Program-made: the position numbers and the translations under genes | Source of the DNA: an uncultured Acidimicrobiaceae bacterium | GTDB lineage: Bacteria; Actinomycetota; Acidimicrobiia; Acidimicrobiales; UBA8190 | Length of the DNA: 64,000 bases | Direction of reading: 5' to 3' | NCBI GenBank assembly: GCA_963714125.1 | Contig: OY970234.1 | Coordinates: 2,733,641-2,797,640 of the forward strand | In this document: piece after piece, positions 46,183-55,591 of the stretch | How positions within the stretch are numbered: position 1 is the stretch's first letter | How the letters are laid out: the number at the start of each line of letters is the position of its first letter | Notes under the pieces: model-generated | Told to the model about the DNA's origin: nothing | Database searches by the model: none | What the model saw: only the letters and a program-made list of their open reading frames with translations

Positions 46183-46683
46183 ATGTGGTTCGTTGCTGGT
46201 GTCCTTCTCGGAGTGGTGCTCCTGGCCTCGCTGGCCGGGTTCCATCTGGGACCCCACGCCCATGTCGTCGCCGGAGTTGTCGGTGTCATCGCCGCGTTGT
46301 GGCTCGTGCTGATGGCGGTGGACGGACGCGCCGCCCCGTTGCTGTGGGCCCTCCTCAGTGCCGATGTGGTCGTCTCGGCCGGCGTCGGGATTTTGGCTTG
46401 GTACGGCCTCTCGCACCGCAGCCCCAACGGACATCGCCTCAATAACCTCCAAGGCGGTGAGGGCATCGCCGTCAACGATCTGGCCCCCAAGGGCATCGTG
46501 CGCGTGGGCGGAGAGCAGTGGTCGGCGGTATCGGTCAACGGGACCGTGCGGGCGGGCGGGAAGGTCCAGGTGCTCGGTGTGTCGGGGGTCCACCTCGACG
46601 TATGGGGCGAGGACGTAGACGCACAGTCCCTCCCGGATCCTTTTCACCTCGACGAAGGCGAAAGCAAGGAGCACAGCTCATGA
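46183..46683 (+). CDS. NfeD-family membrane protein
   Basis: AGGAGG lies upstream of the ATG. N-terminal TM segments and a C-terminal OB-like ..GIVRVGGEQWSAVS..GGKVQVLGVSGVHLDV... The stop overlaps the SPFH gene start (ATGA). Confidence 0.75.
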   Translation: MWFVAGVLLGVVLLASLAGFHLGPHAHVVAGVVGVIAALWLVLMAVDGRAAPLLWALLSADVVVSAGVGILAWYGLSHRSPNGHRLNNLQGGEGIAVNDLAPKGIVRVGGEQWSAVSVNGTVRAGGKVQVLGVSGVHLDVWGEDVDAQSLPDPFHLDEGESKEHSS

Positions 46684-47702
46684 TCATCGGCATCATCATC
46701 GGGGTGATCGCGCTCTGCGTCGTGATCGCCTTCGCCGTATCGTCGGTGAAGATCGTCCGTGAATACCAACGGATCGTGATGTTCCGCCTTGGTCGCGCCA
46801 TAGGGCTTCGTGGACCCGGCGTGGTCTTCGTCAACCCCATCACCGACCGCACTTCTTGGGTGGACCTACGCGAGCAGTACCTCGAGATTCCACACCAGAC
46901 GGCGATCACCAAGGACAACGCGGCGATCTCCATCGACTTCATCATCTTCTACAAGGTGGTCGACCCCGCCATGTCGGTGTTGCAGGTGCAAAACTTCGCC
47001 GGTGCCGCGCAAAATGTGGCCGCCACCACCCTGCGCAGCGTGGTCGGCGACATGGCTCTCGACGACGTGCTGTCCAAGCGAGAGGACATGAATGCGTTGC
47101 TTCGCGTTCGCCTCGACGACATCACCGAACGCTGGGGAGTAAAGGTCACCACCGTGGAAGTCCGCGAGGTGAACCCTCCGGCCGGCGTGCTCGACGCCAT
47201 GACCCGGCAGATGTCGGCCGAGCGGACTCGTCGGGCGGCCATCACCGAATCACAAGGCCAGAAACAAGCGGCCATCACGCTGGCAGAAGGCACCAAGCAA
47301 GCCGCCATCCTCGGTGCCGAAGGAGACCGCCAGTCGGCCATCCTCCGTGCCGAAGGACTGGCCGCCGGCCTGGAACGAGTCCTCCTCGTCGGACGTGGCC
47401 TCGATCGCAACACCATGCAACTCCAGTATCTCGAGACGTTGAAGCAAATCGGGGCGGCGCCGTCGACCAAGATCGTGGTGCCCATGGACCTTCTCGGTGG
47501 GCTCGCCAACGGACTTCGAGGGGCGTTGCAGGGCGATCCGTCCGGTGAACCGGCCTGGGTAACCAACGGCGAGGCGCCGAGCCCGACGGCGCCAGCCGCG
47601 GCCACGGGGGCACCACCTGCGGCCGTATCGACCGCCGCTTCTCACGTCGAGGGCGAAGACGGCACCAGCCCCTGGCCCCCACCTCCACCCCCGCCGACCT
47701 GA
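46680..47702 (+). CDS. SPFH/band-7 (stomatin-like) protein
   Basis: MIIGIIIGVIALCVVIAF.. is the TM anchor. ..VREYQRIVMFRLGR.. and ..IDFIIFYKVVDP.. motifs. Coiled-coil AEG repeats. Pro-rich tail. Confidence 0.85.
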   Translation: MIIGIIIGVIALCVVIAFAVSSVKIVREYQRIVMFRLGRAIGLRGPGVVFVNPITDRTSWVDLREQYLEIPHQTAITKDNAAISIDFIIFYKVVDPAMSVLQVQNFAGAAQNVAATTLRSVVGDMALDDVLSKREDMNALLRVRLDDITERWGVKVTTVEVREVNPPAGVLDAMTRQMSAERTRRAAITESQGQKQAAITLAEGTKQAAILGAEGDRQSAILRAEGLAAGLERVLLVGRGLDRNTMQLQYLETLKQIGAAPSTKIVVPMDLLGGLANGLRGALQGDPSGEPAWVTNGEAPSPTAPAAATGAPPAAVSTAASHVEGEDGTSPWPPPPPPPT

Positions 47703-47779
47703 CCGCGCCCCGGCGGCGTTGACGAAGCGCCACCTCGTTTGCAGGTCGGCCACGTTTTGACCCATCCTCATTGATTCAA

Positions 47780-47800
47780 TACGATTCGTCTCGGATCGTA
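47780..47800. promoter_or_regulatory. Inverted repeat TACGATTCG-TCT-CGGATCGTA (one mismatch) just upstream of the MFS-TetR operon SD
   Basis: Read directly. It ends 4 nt before AGGAGGG (47804-47810). A flanking ATTGATTCAAT palindrome is at 47770-47780. Confidence 0.4.
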
Positions 47801-47815
47801 ATCAGGAGGGTGGGT

Positions 47816-49390
47816 ATGCCAGGACTGGAACGCAAGTGGTGGACGCTGATTGCCGTATGTACGGCGACGTTCATGCTCTTGCTCGACATCACGGTCGTCA
47901 ACGTCGCCCTGCCTGATATCCAGCGTTCGCTGCACTCGACCTTCAGCGACCTGCAATGGGTCATCGACGCCTACTCGTTGACGCTGGCCGCCTTTTTGCT
48001 CACCGCCGGCGTCATCGGCGACATGTTCGGGCGGCGCGGCGTGTTCGCCATCGGGCTCGGCATATTCACGGCTTCCTCCTTCGTGTGCGGTCTGTCCAAC
48101 TCGTCGCTGATGTTGAACCTGGCCCGCGGCGCCCAAGGGGTGGGCGGAGCGATCATGTTCGCCACCTCCCTGGCCCTCATCGCGTCCGCCTTTCAAGGCA
48201 AAGAGCGTGGCACTGCGTTCGGCATCTACGGCGCCGTGATCGGTGGTGCGGTGGCTGTAGGGCCCCTCATCGGTGGGGCGCTCACCAGTGCCTTCGGGTG
48301 GCGGTGGATCTTCTTCGTCAACGTTCCTGTCGGCATCGTGGCCGTCTTCATCACGTTGTCGAGGGTGGCGGCATCGACCGAACGCAACCAGCGCCGCATC
48401 GACTGGATCGGATTCGTTTCGTTTTCGGCCGCGCTCTTCATGCTTGTCTTCGCTTTGGTGCGCGGCAACGACGACGGGTGGGGAAGCGGGCAGATCGTCG
48501 GGTTGCTGGCCGGGTCGGCGATCCTCCTGGCCGTGTTTCTCATCGCCGAATGGCGCCAATCGGATCCCATGTTGGACCTCAACCTGTTTCGGCGGCCCGC
48601 CATGGTGGGAGCATCCATGGTGGCGTTTGCCATCTCGTCATCGATCTTCGCCCTGTTCCTGTACATCACGCTGTTCATCCAAGACGACCTGGGCTACGGA
48701 CCGCTGGCCGCCGGCATCCGCTTTCTTCCCATCACCATGCTCTCGTTCATCGTGGCACCCGTGGCGGGCAAGTTGAGCGTCCGTATCCAAGCGCGCTATC
48801 TGCTTGGCACCGGTCTCTTTTTCGTCGCCATCGGGCTCTTTCTCATGTCCATGGTGCACACGGCATCGGGGTGGACCGCGCTCGTCCCCGGCTTCATCGT
48901 GACCGGCATCGGGATCGGCACGGTCAACCCCGTGCTCGCCTCGTCGGCGGTGAGCGTGGTGCCGCCTGAACGCAGCGGCATGGCTTCAGGTTCGAACAAC
49001 ACCTTCCGTCAGGTCGGCATCGCCACCGGGATCGCCGCTTTGGGGGCGGTGTTCCAGAGTCAGATCCAACACGGGACACTGCACGCGCTGAACGCCACCG
49101 CCCTCGGCCGCGTCTTGGTGGCACGCGGTGGTTCGGCGCTCAACAGCGCACTGGCCGGAGGAGGGGTGCGCCAAGCGGCCGCCACCATCCCGTCGGCCGC
49201 GGCGCGCGCCACCTTGTTGCACGCCTATCGCGTGGGCTTTGCCTCCACGCTCGACCACCTCATGATCATCGGCATGGTGGTGGCGCTCATCGGCTCAATC
49301 GGCGCCTTCACCCTGGTGCGCCAACGGGACTTTGTGCCGAGCTACTCCCCCACCGACGCTTCGGCAGCGACGCACGCGGCGGTGGCCTAA
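47816..49390 (+). CDS. MFS transporter, DHA2 (EmrB/QacA-like) family
   Basis: ATG 47816 after AGGAGGG. ..WWTLIAVCTATFMLLLDITVVNVALPDI.. and ..ARGAQGVGGA... 14-TM pattern. Confidence 0.85.
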   Translation: MPGLERKWWTLIAVCTATFMLLLDITVVNVALPDIQRSLHSTFSDLQWVIDAYSLTLAAFLLTAGVIGDMFGRRGVFAIGLGIFTASSFVCGLSNSSLMLNLARGAQGVGGAIMFATSLALIASAFQGKERGTAFGIYGAVIGGAVAVGPLIGGALTSAFGWRWIFFVNVPVGIVAVFITLSRVAASTERNQRRIDWIGFVSFSAALFMLVFALVRGNDDGWGSGQIVGLLAGSAILLAVFLIAEWRQSDPMLDLNLFRRPAMVGASMVAFAISSSIFALFLYITLFIQDDLGYGPLAAGIRFLPITMLSFIVAPVAGKLSVRIQARYLLGTGLFFVAIGLFLMSMVHTASGWTALVPGFIVTGIGIGTVNPVLASSAVSVVPPERSGMASGSNNTFRQVGIATGIAALGAVFQSQIQHGTLHALNATALGRVLVARGGSALNSALAGGGVRQAAATIPSAAARATLLHAYRVGFASTLDHLMIIGMVVALIGSIGAFTLVRQRDFVPSYSPTDASAATHAAVA

Positions 49391-49987
49391 GTGGCCACGT
49401 CGACCCCGACACGCCCCGTGGCGGCCTTGCGCCCGCCGGGCCGACCCCGAGACGAACGCGCCACCCGAGCCATCACCGAAGCGGCCCTGCGCCAGCTGGC
49501 CACCCACGGCTATGCCCGTATCTCCATGGAGAGCATCGCCAGCGAAGCCGGCGTGGCCCGCGCCACCGTGTATCGGCGCTTCCGAGACAAGGCCGACCTG
49601 ATCACCACGGCCATCGCCACCGGTCCCGGCGGTGCCCCCGATGAAAACCTCTCTAGCGATCCGCGTGCCGATCTCATCGCCTACCTCGAGGACTTCGACG
49701 AGCGTTTCGGCGAGAGCTGTGTCGAGGTGATCGGATCGCTGCTGGGCTCTCGGGACGAACGCGCCGCCTTGGATCTGCATCGCCAGCGCGTCGTCGAGCC
49801 TCGCACCGCCTACGTTCGAGGACTGCTGGTGCGAGCCCAGAGCCTCGACATGCTCGCCGCCGATATCGACGTCGACTTGGCCGTACAGATGCTGGCGGGC
49901 TCGGTGTTTGCCCGTCGGGTCATTGGCACCCCGAGCACACCCGACTGGGCCCGGCGTGCCGTCGCCATGATCTGGCCTCGCGCCTAG
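49391..49987 (+). CDS. TetR-family transcriptional regulator
   Basis: GTG lies immediately after the MFS stop. HTH ..YARISMESIASEAGVARATVYRRFRDKADLI... Confidence 0.8.
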   Translation: MATSTPTRPVAALRPPGRPRDERATRAITEAALRQLATHGYARISMESIASEAGVARATVYRRFRDKADLITTAIATGPGGAPDENLSSDPRADLIAYLEDFDERFGESCVEVIGSLLGSRDERAALDLHRQRVVEPRTAYVRGLLVRAQSLDMLAADIDVDLAVQMLAGSVFARRVIGTPSTPDWARRAVAMIWPRA

Positions 49988-50027
49988 ATCACCACTCCCA
50001 CTGAGGGTCGCGCCCACGCCGGAGCCC

Positions 50028-51434
50028 TCAGTGATGGAAGCCCGATCCCTTCTCGGCACTCTGGAGTGGTTCGCTTTGGCGGGCCAGTTCGGGCAACAAA
50101 CGGTCGAGGTCCTCGATGAACAGCGACGCCAGATTGTGCGAGAAGCCGTTGCGCACCACCACACGCAGCACGCTGAGGTCCTGACGGTTCTCGGGGAACG
50201 TATAGGCCGGAACGAGCCAGCCACTCTCACGCAGCCGGCGCGAGACGTCGAACACGTTGTATCCGGTGACATCGGATTTCGTGGTGAACGCGAAGACCGG
50301 GAGCTCGTCGCCTCGGGTGATGAGATCGAACGGCCCAAGCTGGCCAATCTGCTGGGCCAGATGGATGGCGATATGGCGCGCCGACTGTTGAAGCGTGCGA
50401 AATCCCTCGAACCCCAGACGCAAGAACGTGTAGTACTGGGCCACCACCTCGGCGCCGGGCCGCGAGAAATTAAGCGCAAAGGTGGGCATGTTGCCACCCA
50501 GATAGTTGACGTTGAACACCAGTTCCTTGGGCAGCGCCTCGTGGTCCCGCCACAGCACCCACCCCACCCCGGGGTAGACGAGTCCGTATTTGTGCCCTGA
50601 GGTGTTGATCGACGCCACCCGGGGCAAGCGGAAGTCCCACACCAGGTCCTCGTCGATAAAGGGGGCGATCATGGCTCCTGACGCGCCGTCCACGTGGATG
50701 TCGATGTCCAACCCGGTGCGGGCATGGAGATCGTCGAGGGCGGCGGCGATCTCCGCCACCGGCTCATAGCTGCCGTCGAAGGTGGAACCCAGGATGGCCA
50801 CCACCCCGATGGTGTTCTCGTCACAGCGCGCCACAGCCTCTTCGGCTGACAGGTGGTAGCGGTCCCCGTCCATGGGGACCTGACGCGCTTCGACCTCCCA
50901 GTAGTTGCAGAACTTCTCCCAGCACACCTGCACGTTGGCGCCCATAACGAGATTGGGTCGCTGCGTCGACTGCCCCGCCGCGCTGCGGCGCTTGGTCCAT
51001 CGTCGCTTGAGGGCGAGTCCACCCAGCATGCACGCCTCAGATGATCCCGTCGTGGAACAACCCACGGTCCGATCGGCGTCCGGGGCGTTCCACAAGTTGG
51101 CGAGAATGCTCACACAGCGTCGTTCGAGCTCGGCGGTCTGCGGATACTCGTCCTTGTCGATCATGTTCTTCTCGGCGCATTCGGTCATGAGCCGACCGGC
51201 GGGTTCTTCCATCCACGTGGTGACGAATGTGGCCAGGTTCAGCCGGGCGTTGCCGTCAAGCATCAGCTCGTCATGAATGAGTTGATAGGCCGTCTCCGCC
51301 GGCATGGACTGATCACTGAGCCGGGTGGTGGGCAGCACCAGGCCCTCGCCGAGCTCGGGGCTGTCGAGTAGCGCCAGGGGGTTGACCTGGTGGCTACCTT
51401 CGTGACGGGTCGGTGTGGCGCGGTGTAGGGCCAT
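50028..51434 (-). CDS. gadB: Glutamate decarboxylase (PLP-dependent)
   Basis: Start at ATG 51434. ..NLATFVTTWMEP.. and ..MIDKDEYPQTAELE... PLP-lysine motif INTSGHKYGLVYPGVGW. Confidence 0.9.
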   Translation of the reverse strand: MALHRATPTRHEGSHQVNPLALLDSPELGEGLVLPTTRLSDQSMPAETAYQLIHDELMLDGNARLNLATFVTTWMEEPAGRLMTECAEKNMIDKDEYPQTAELERRCVSILANLWNAPDADRTVGCSTTGSSEACMLGGLALKRRWTKRRSAAGQSTQRPNLVMGANVQVCWEKFCNYWEVEARQVPMDGDRYHLSAEEAVARCDENTIGVVAILGSTFDGSYEPVAEIAAALDDLHARTGLDIDIHVDGASGAMIAPFIDEDLVWDFRLPRVASINTSGHKYGLVYPGVGWVLWRDHEALPKELVFNVNYLGGNMPTFALNFSRPGAEVVAQYYTFLRLGFEGFRTLQQSARHIAIHLAQQIGQLGPFDLITRGDELPVFAFTTKSDVTGYNVFDVSRRLRESGWLVPAYTFPENRQDLSVLRVVVRNGFSHNLASLFIEDLDRLLPELARQSEPLQSAEKGSGFHH

Positions 51435-51450
51435 CGTCGGTCTCCATCTG

Positions 51451-53175
51451 TCAGCGGGCGCCGCGCAGGAGGGTCCCTGGCCTCGCTCCGGTGTCTTGCC
51501 CATCGGCACACGTAGTCACACCGGACTTGATGGTCTCGACGTATCCGGTGGCGTCTTGGAGCAGCCGCCTGCCTCCGGCGGGCAGATCGGTCACCGTCGT
51601 CGGGTTGCCCAGCTGCAGGCGTTCGTAGTCGATCACGTTCAGGTCGGCCACCGCACCGACCTCGATGGTGCCGCGATCACCGAGCCCGTAGAGACGAGCG
51701 GTGTCATGGGTCTGCTTCTTCACGATCCATTCGAGCGGCAGGCGCTCACCGCGCCGTCTGTCTCGAGTCCAATGGGTGAGCATAAAGGTGGGCTGCGAGG
51801 CATCACAGATGACGCCACAATGCGCCCCTCCGTCGCCGAGCCCGAGGGCGGCCCGAGGATGGCGCAGCATCTCTCGTTGCGCTTCGAGATCGCCGTGGGA
51901 GTAGTTGAGAATGGGCACGTAAAGCAAACCCTGCGCATCGTCTTCGAGCATGGCGTCGTAGGCCACCTCGATCGGCGTCCGGCCCGCCGCCGCCGCCAGG
52001 CCGAACAGGGAGCGCTCGGGCCCGGGCTCATAATCGGGAGGGCTCCCAAGTGAGTACGTCGTTCGGTAGGCGCCGTCCATCCGGGCGCTGGTCTCGGCAT
52101 CGGGTTGCCACTGCACAATGGCCTGGCGCACCTCGTCACGGCGAAGGGCATGGGCCAGTTCCGCCGGCGACAGACCCTCGGCCTTGAGTTGCCGGTAGGC
52201 GGGGATCTGATCGAAGAGACACAACGTGGTGAAGTGCCCGGACAACAGCCCGAAGCCGCGGCCGGCCACTTGCGGCCGTAGGTCGGATCCCGTGGCCGTG
52301 GCGCGCAACGACTCGTCCATGAGTTCTCGCCACAGTTCGGGCGCCGAGTCCACCTGCACCAGGGCAAAGGTGACGGGCCGGTTGATGGACCTCGAGAGAC
52401 GTTGCATCCATTCGACCTCTTTCGCCGGACCAATGACGTCCTCGCCGGCTACACCGGCCGGTGCCAGTTCAAACACCCCGGCGCCCAGCTCACCGAGCGC
52501 GCCGGCGATGCCGAACAGCTCGTCTTCGGCCGCGAAGGTGCCCGGTACCGGCTCGCCGTCAATGGCACGATGCGCCATGGTCCGCGACGTCGAGAAGCCC
52601 AGAGCGCCCGCCGCCATGGCCGCCTTCACCACCTCTTTCATGGTGACAATGTCCGCCGGTGTGGCGGGCTCGTTGTGCGCCCCGCGCTCGCCCATCACGT
52701 AAGAGCGCACGGCCCCGTGCGCGATCTGGGTCCCGACGTCCATCGTCCAATGGCGGCGACCCAGAGCCTCGAGGTACTCGGGAAACGACTCCCACTCCCA
52801 CTCGATACCCTCGGCCAGAGCGGTACCGGGAATGTCCTCGACGCCTTCCATCAAGCCGATGAGCCAGTCGTGGCGATCGGGTTGGACCGGGGCGAATCCC
52901 ACGCCGCAATTCCCCATGACCACGGTGGTGACGCCGTGACGGCTACTGGGCGCCAGAACGTCGTCCCACGTGGCTTGGCCGTCGTAGTGGGTGTGGATGT
53001 CGACCCAGCCCGGCGTGACCAGCAGGCCGTCGGCATCCAGGTAGCGGCGGGCCGCTTCCCGGTGCGGCGGGCCGACGGCACTGATCCTGCCCTTGTCGAC
53101 GGTCACATCGGCGGTGCGCGCCGGTGTCCCGGTGCCATCGACAACCGTTGCTCCCCGAATCACGAGGTCATGCAC
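51451..53175 (-). CDS. N-acyl-D-amino-acid deacylase (D-aminoacylase) family amidohydrolase
   Basis: GTG start. ..LVIRGATVVDGTG..VDKGRISAVG..PGWVDIHTHYDGQ... 574 aa. Confidence 0.85.
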   Translation of the reverse strand: MHDLVIRGATVVDGTGTPARTADVTVDKGRISAVGPPHREAARRYLDADGLLVTPGWVDIHTHYDGQATWDDVLAPSSRHGVTTVVMGNCGVGFAPVQPDRHDWLIGLMEGVEDIPGTALAEGIEWEWESFPEYLEALGRRHWTMDVGTQIAHGAVRSYVMGERGAHNEPATPADIVTMKEVVKAAMAAGALGFSTSRTMAHRAIDGEPVPGTFAAEDELFGIAGALGELGAGVFELAPAGVAGEDVIGPAKEVEWMQRLSRSINRPVTFALVQVDSAPELWRELMDESLRATATGSDLRPQVAGRGFGLLSGHFTTLCLFDQIPAYRQLKAEGLSPAELAHALRRDEVRQAIVQWQPDAETSARMDGAYRTTYSLGSPPDYEPGPERSLFGLAAAAGRTPIEVAYDAMLEDDAQGLLYVPILNYSHGDLEAQREMLRHPRAALGLGDGGAHCGVICDASQPTFMLTHWTRDRRRGERLPLEWIVKKQTHDTARLYGLGDRGTIEVGAVADLNVIDYERLQLGNPTTVTDLPAGGRRLLQDATGYVETIKSGVTTCADGQDTGARPGTLLRGAR

Positions 53176-53219
53176 GGTGCAACCCCCTTACGGCGTCATT
53201 GTCGCCAGCATCGTCGGCG

Positions 53220-53714
53220 TCACCCGGGCGGTACTGACGATTCGAGCTGGCGTTTGCGAGCTTCCCACTCACCGAGCATGGTGCCGAAGGCGGCCGGGTT
53301 GTAGATGTCCTCCTCGTAGGACCACAACCCGTCCCCGGCGTACTTGAGCAAGGTGAAGTTGTAGGCCTGATGGACGCTGCCGTCTCCGGGGTCGACCATC
53401 CGGTTCCACACCTGGCAAATGACCCAGCCTCGGTCCTCGTCGATGACATACCACTCGATGGGGAAATGCGGCATGGCGTTGCCCGGGTAGGTGCTCATGG
53501 TCTCGGTAATCCACCGGCGGATCGCCTCACGTCCACCGAAGCGCCCATAGAGGTGCTCGACGTAGGTGGCGTCCTCGGTGAACAGGTCAGCCCACTGGTC
53601 CCAGTTCCCCGACGTGCCGCCGTGCAAGGCGGCCGCCTGGTAGTCACCAAACGCCTTCTCCAACTCCTGACGAGTCCACCGACCCACGTGTGCCCCCTCG
53701 GTCCCGGTCGCCAC
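53220..53714 (-). CDS. NTF2-like (SnoaL-type) superfamily protein
   Basis: 164 aa with a GTG start. ..WADLFTEDATYVEHLYGRFGGREAIRRWI.. is the pattern typical of SnoaL-like cone folds. Confidence 0.65.
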   Translation of the reverse strand: MATGTEGAHVGRWTRQELEKAFGDYQAAALHGGTSGNWDQWADLFTEDATYVEHLYGRFGGREAIRRWITETMSTYPGNAMPHFPIEWYVIDEDRGWVICQVWNRMVDPGDGSVHQAYNFTLLKYAGDGLWSYEEDIYNPAAFGTMLGEWEARKRQLESSVPPG

Positions 53715-53771
53715 TCGATGGCCTCGTCAGTCTGGCACGGGACTCCTCGGTTCGACGCCCGATGAACGCCG

Positions 53772-54650
53772 CTACGACAACAGTGCCGCCACACCCAGGC
53801 CGATCGGAAGCGCCACCCATCCCCAGCGCACAGCCACATTCACCATGCCAGAGCGATACCCGTAAAGAACCGATTGCTGAACGGGCGAAAATGACGGCGC
53901 CCCCAACGCCGAGAGGACGGCCACGACGCGCAGCGCGCTGTTATGGCTGATGACGACCACAGGAAGGAGAAAGGCGCATCGAATGGCGGCGAGCAGCAGC
54001 CACCGGCGCACGGCGGACGCGCCCCGCTGCACATCGACGTTATGCGGATGAATAGCGGATCCGACCACGAGCCCGGCCCCGGTGAAGGCGAGGACGGGGG
54101 CCGACACGTTGAGCACCACGTTCGACCACGTCGGCGCCGGGGCCGCCCACCGCAAGAGCAACCCGGCCACGAGAACGAGCATGGCGGACTGATCCACCCA
54201 ACTCGTGGCCCGACGCTGGCGTCGCGGCGCGTCTCGGCGCATGAAGTAAATGCAAAGGAAGTTCGGCGCGCCGTAGAGCATGTTGGCGATGGCCGCGATC
54301 ATGATGGCCGGGGCACCGGCCAGCGCTCCGGCGATGGGCAACACCCAAAAGGCGCCGTTGGGACCGGCCGCCCACGACTCCAGAGCGCCCTCACCGGCGC
54401 TGCGCTCACCACGCGTCGACACCGCCACCACCAGCAGCGTCCACGACACTCCCGACACCACGGCGGGGGCGATCAGCTCCCGGGGTGTGGTCAGCCGCCA
54501 GGCGGCGAAGATGCCCAGAGTCGCCGACGTGACCAGCGTCTGGATGCGCAGATAGATAGGCCAATCCCGCTGGAGGCGCGACCCGCCGCGTGACACTGCC
54601 ACGCCGAGCGCCGCCCCCAGCGCGTAGGCGCAGATCGTGACCCACGCCAT
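53772..54650 (-). CDS. Hypothetical polytopic membrane protein (about 8-10 TM segments)
   Basis: 292 aa, strongly hydrophobic throughout. No family motif recognised. Confidence 0.6.
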   Translation of the reverse strand: MAWVTICAYALGAALGVAVSRGGSRLQRDWPIYLRIQTLVTSATLGIFAAWRLTTPRELIAPAVVSGVSWTLLVVAVSTRGERSAGEGALESWAAGPNGAFWVLPIAGALAGAPAIMIAAIANMLYGAPNFLCIYFMRRDAPRRQRRATSWVDQSAMLVLVAGLLLRWAAPAPTWSNVVLNVSAPVLAFTGAGLVVGSAIHPHNVDVQRGASAVRRWLLLAAIRCAFLLPVVVISHNSALRVVAVLSALGAPSFSPVQQSVLYGYRSGMVNVAVRWGWVALPIGLGVAALLS

Positions 54651-54758
54651 CTCTCAGGACACCACGCGCCGGGCTCAAAGCGCCAGTTGAGAGGCCCCGC
54701 CGCGACGCTGCTCATCTTGGCGAACCAGAGCCCGTCAGGGACCCGGGGCCCGCCCCGA

Positions 54759-55439
54759 CTAGTTGTCCGTAATCGTGCTTTTGGCCGAGTCGATGGTCAG
54801 ACTGCCAAGGGGAGTATTGGAACCGCCTTTACATGCCACCAGGGCGGTCGAAGAAGCCGCCTCATAGAAGGTGGCAGTCGACACGCTGCCCGCGAATGAG
54901 CCCGTGCTCGTACCACTTCCCGTGGAACCGACATACGGGGGGTACTGCGTGAGGTCCTGGGTGAGATTCGATACCGAACCCCTGGTGGGTTTGATCTTCG
55001 CGTTCCACTTGGTGGTGTTGCTCAAGGTCACCGTGGCCAGGTCACTGCTGAAATCCGAGCAGCTGCCGGTCATCAACGGCTTGCCGTTGTGGCACGAGGC
55101 GTCGTAGAAGGCCTTGGTGGGACTGGTGCCTTGGCACGCCACACCCTTGATCTTGATCGTCTTGGTCTTTACCGAAACGGAGGCCGTCGGTTCCGGTGCC
55201 GCGGAGTCGTGCGTCGTGCAACCGGAGAAGGTCTGGTTTTCAAACGTGACAACTTCCTTGCTGCCAGCCGTGCCGTTAAAAGTGAGCGACGGGTTGAAAT
55301 CGATCGTTCCCCCCTGAGCGCATGTAATCCCACCGGAAGCGGTCGGTGTCGACGCCGAAGCAGTCCCCGCTACCAGGGTCACGCTGGCCAGCGGAAAGAC
55401 GATCATGGCCACGGCCATCAGGCGCTTCTTGTTTCGCAT
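54759..55439 (-). CDS. Secreted six-cysteine hypothetical protein (226 aa)
   Basis: Start at ATG 55439 (MRNKKRLMAVAMIVFPLASVTLVAGTASA/S..). Six Cys in the mature part. Lys-rich. The DNA is visibly more A/T-rich than its surroundings. Confidence 0.65.
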   Translation of the reverse strand: MRNKKRLMAVAMIVFPLASVTLVAGTASASTPTASGGITCAQGGTIDFNPSLTFNGTAGSKEVVTFENQTFSGCTTHDSAAPEPTASVSVKTKTIKIKGVACQGTSPTKAFYDASCHNGKPLMTGSCSDFSSDLATVTLSNTTKWNAKIKPTRGSVSNLTQDLTQYPPYVGSTGSGTSTGSFAGSVSTATFYEAASSTALVACKGGSNTPLGSLTIDSAKSTITDN

Positions 55440-55591
55440 GGGCCCCCCTTGCGATTTCGTGTTCTGACATTGTGCCAACAACTGGTCACCGCTTCTTCCC
55501 CAAATGTGACGACGGTTTCGACCGCCCAGACAGCCTCGACGAGGTCGGCCCGCTGCGTAGCGGCACCACCACCTACCGCAAGGCCAGTGGT

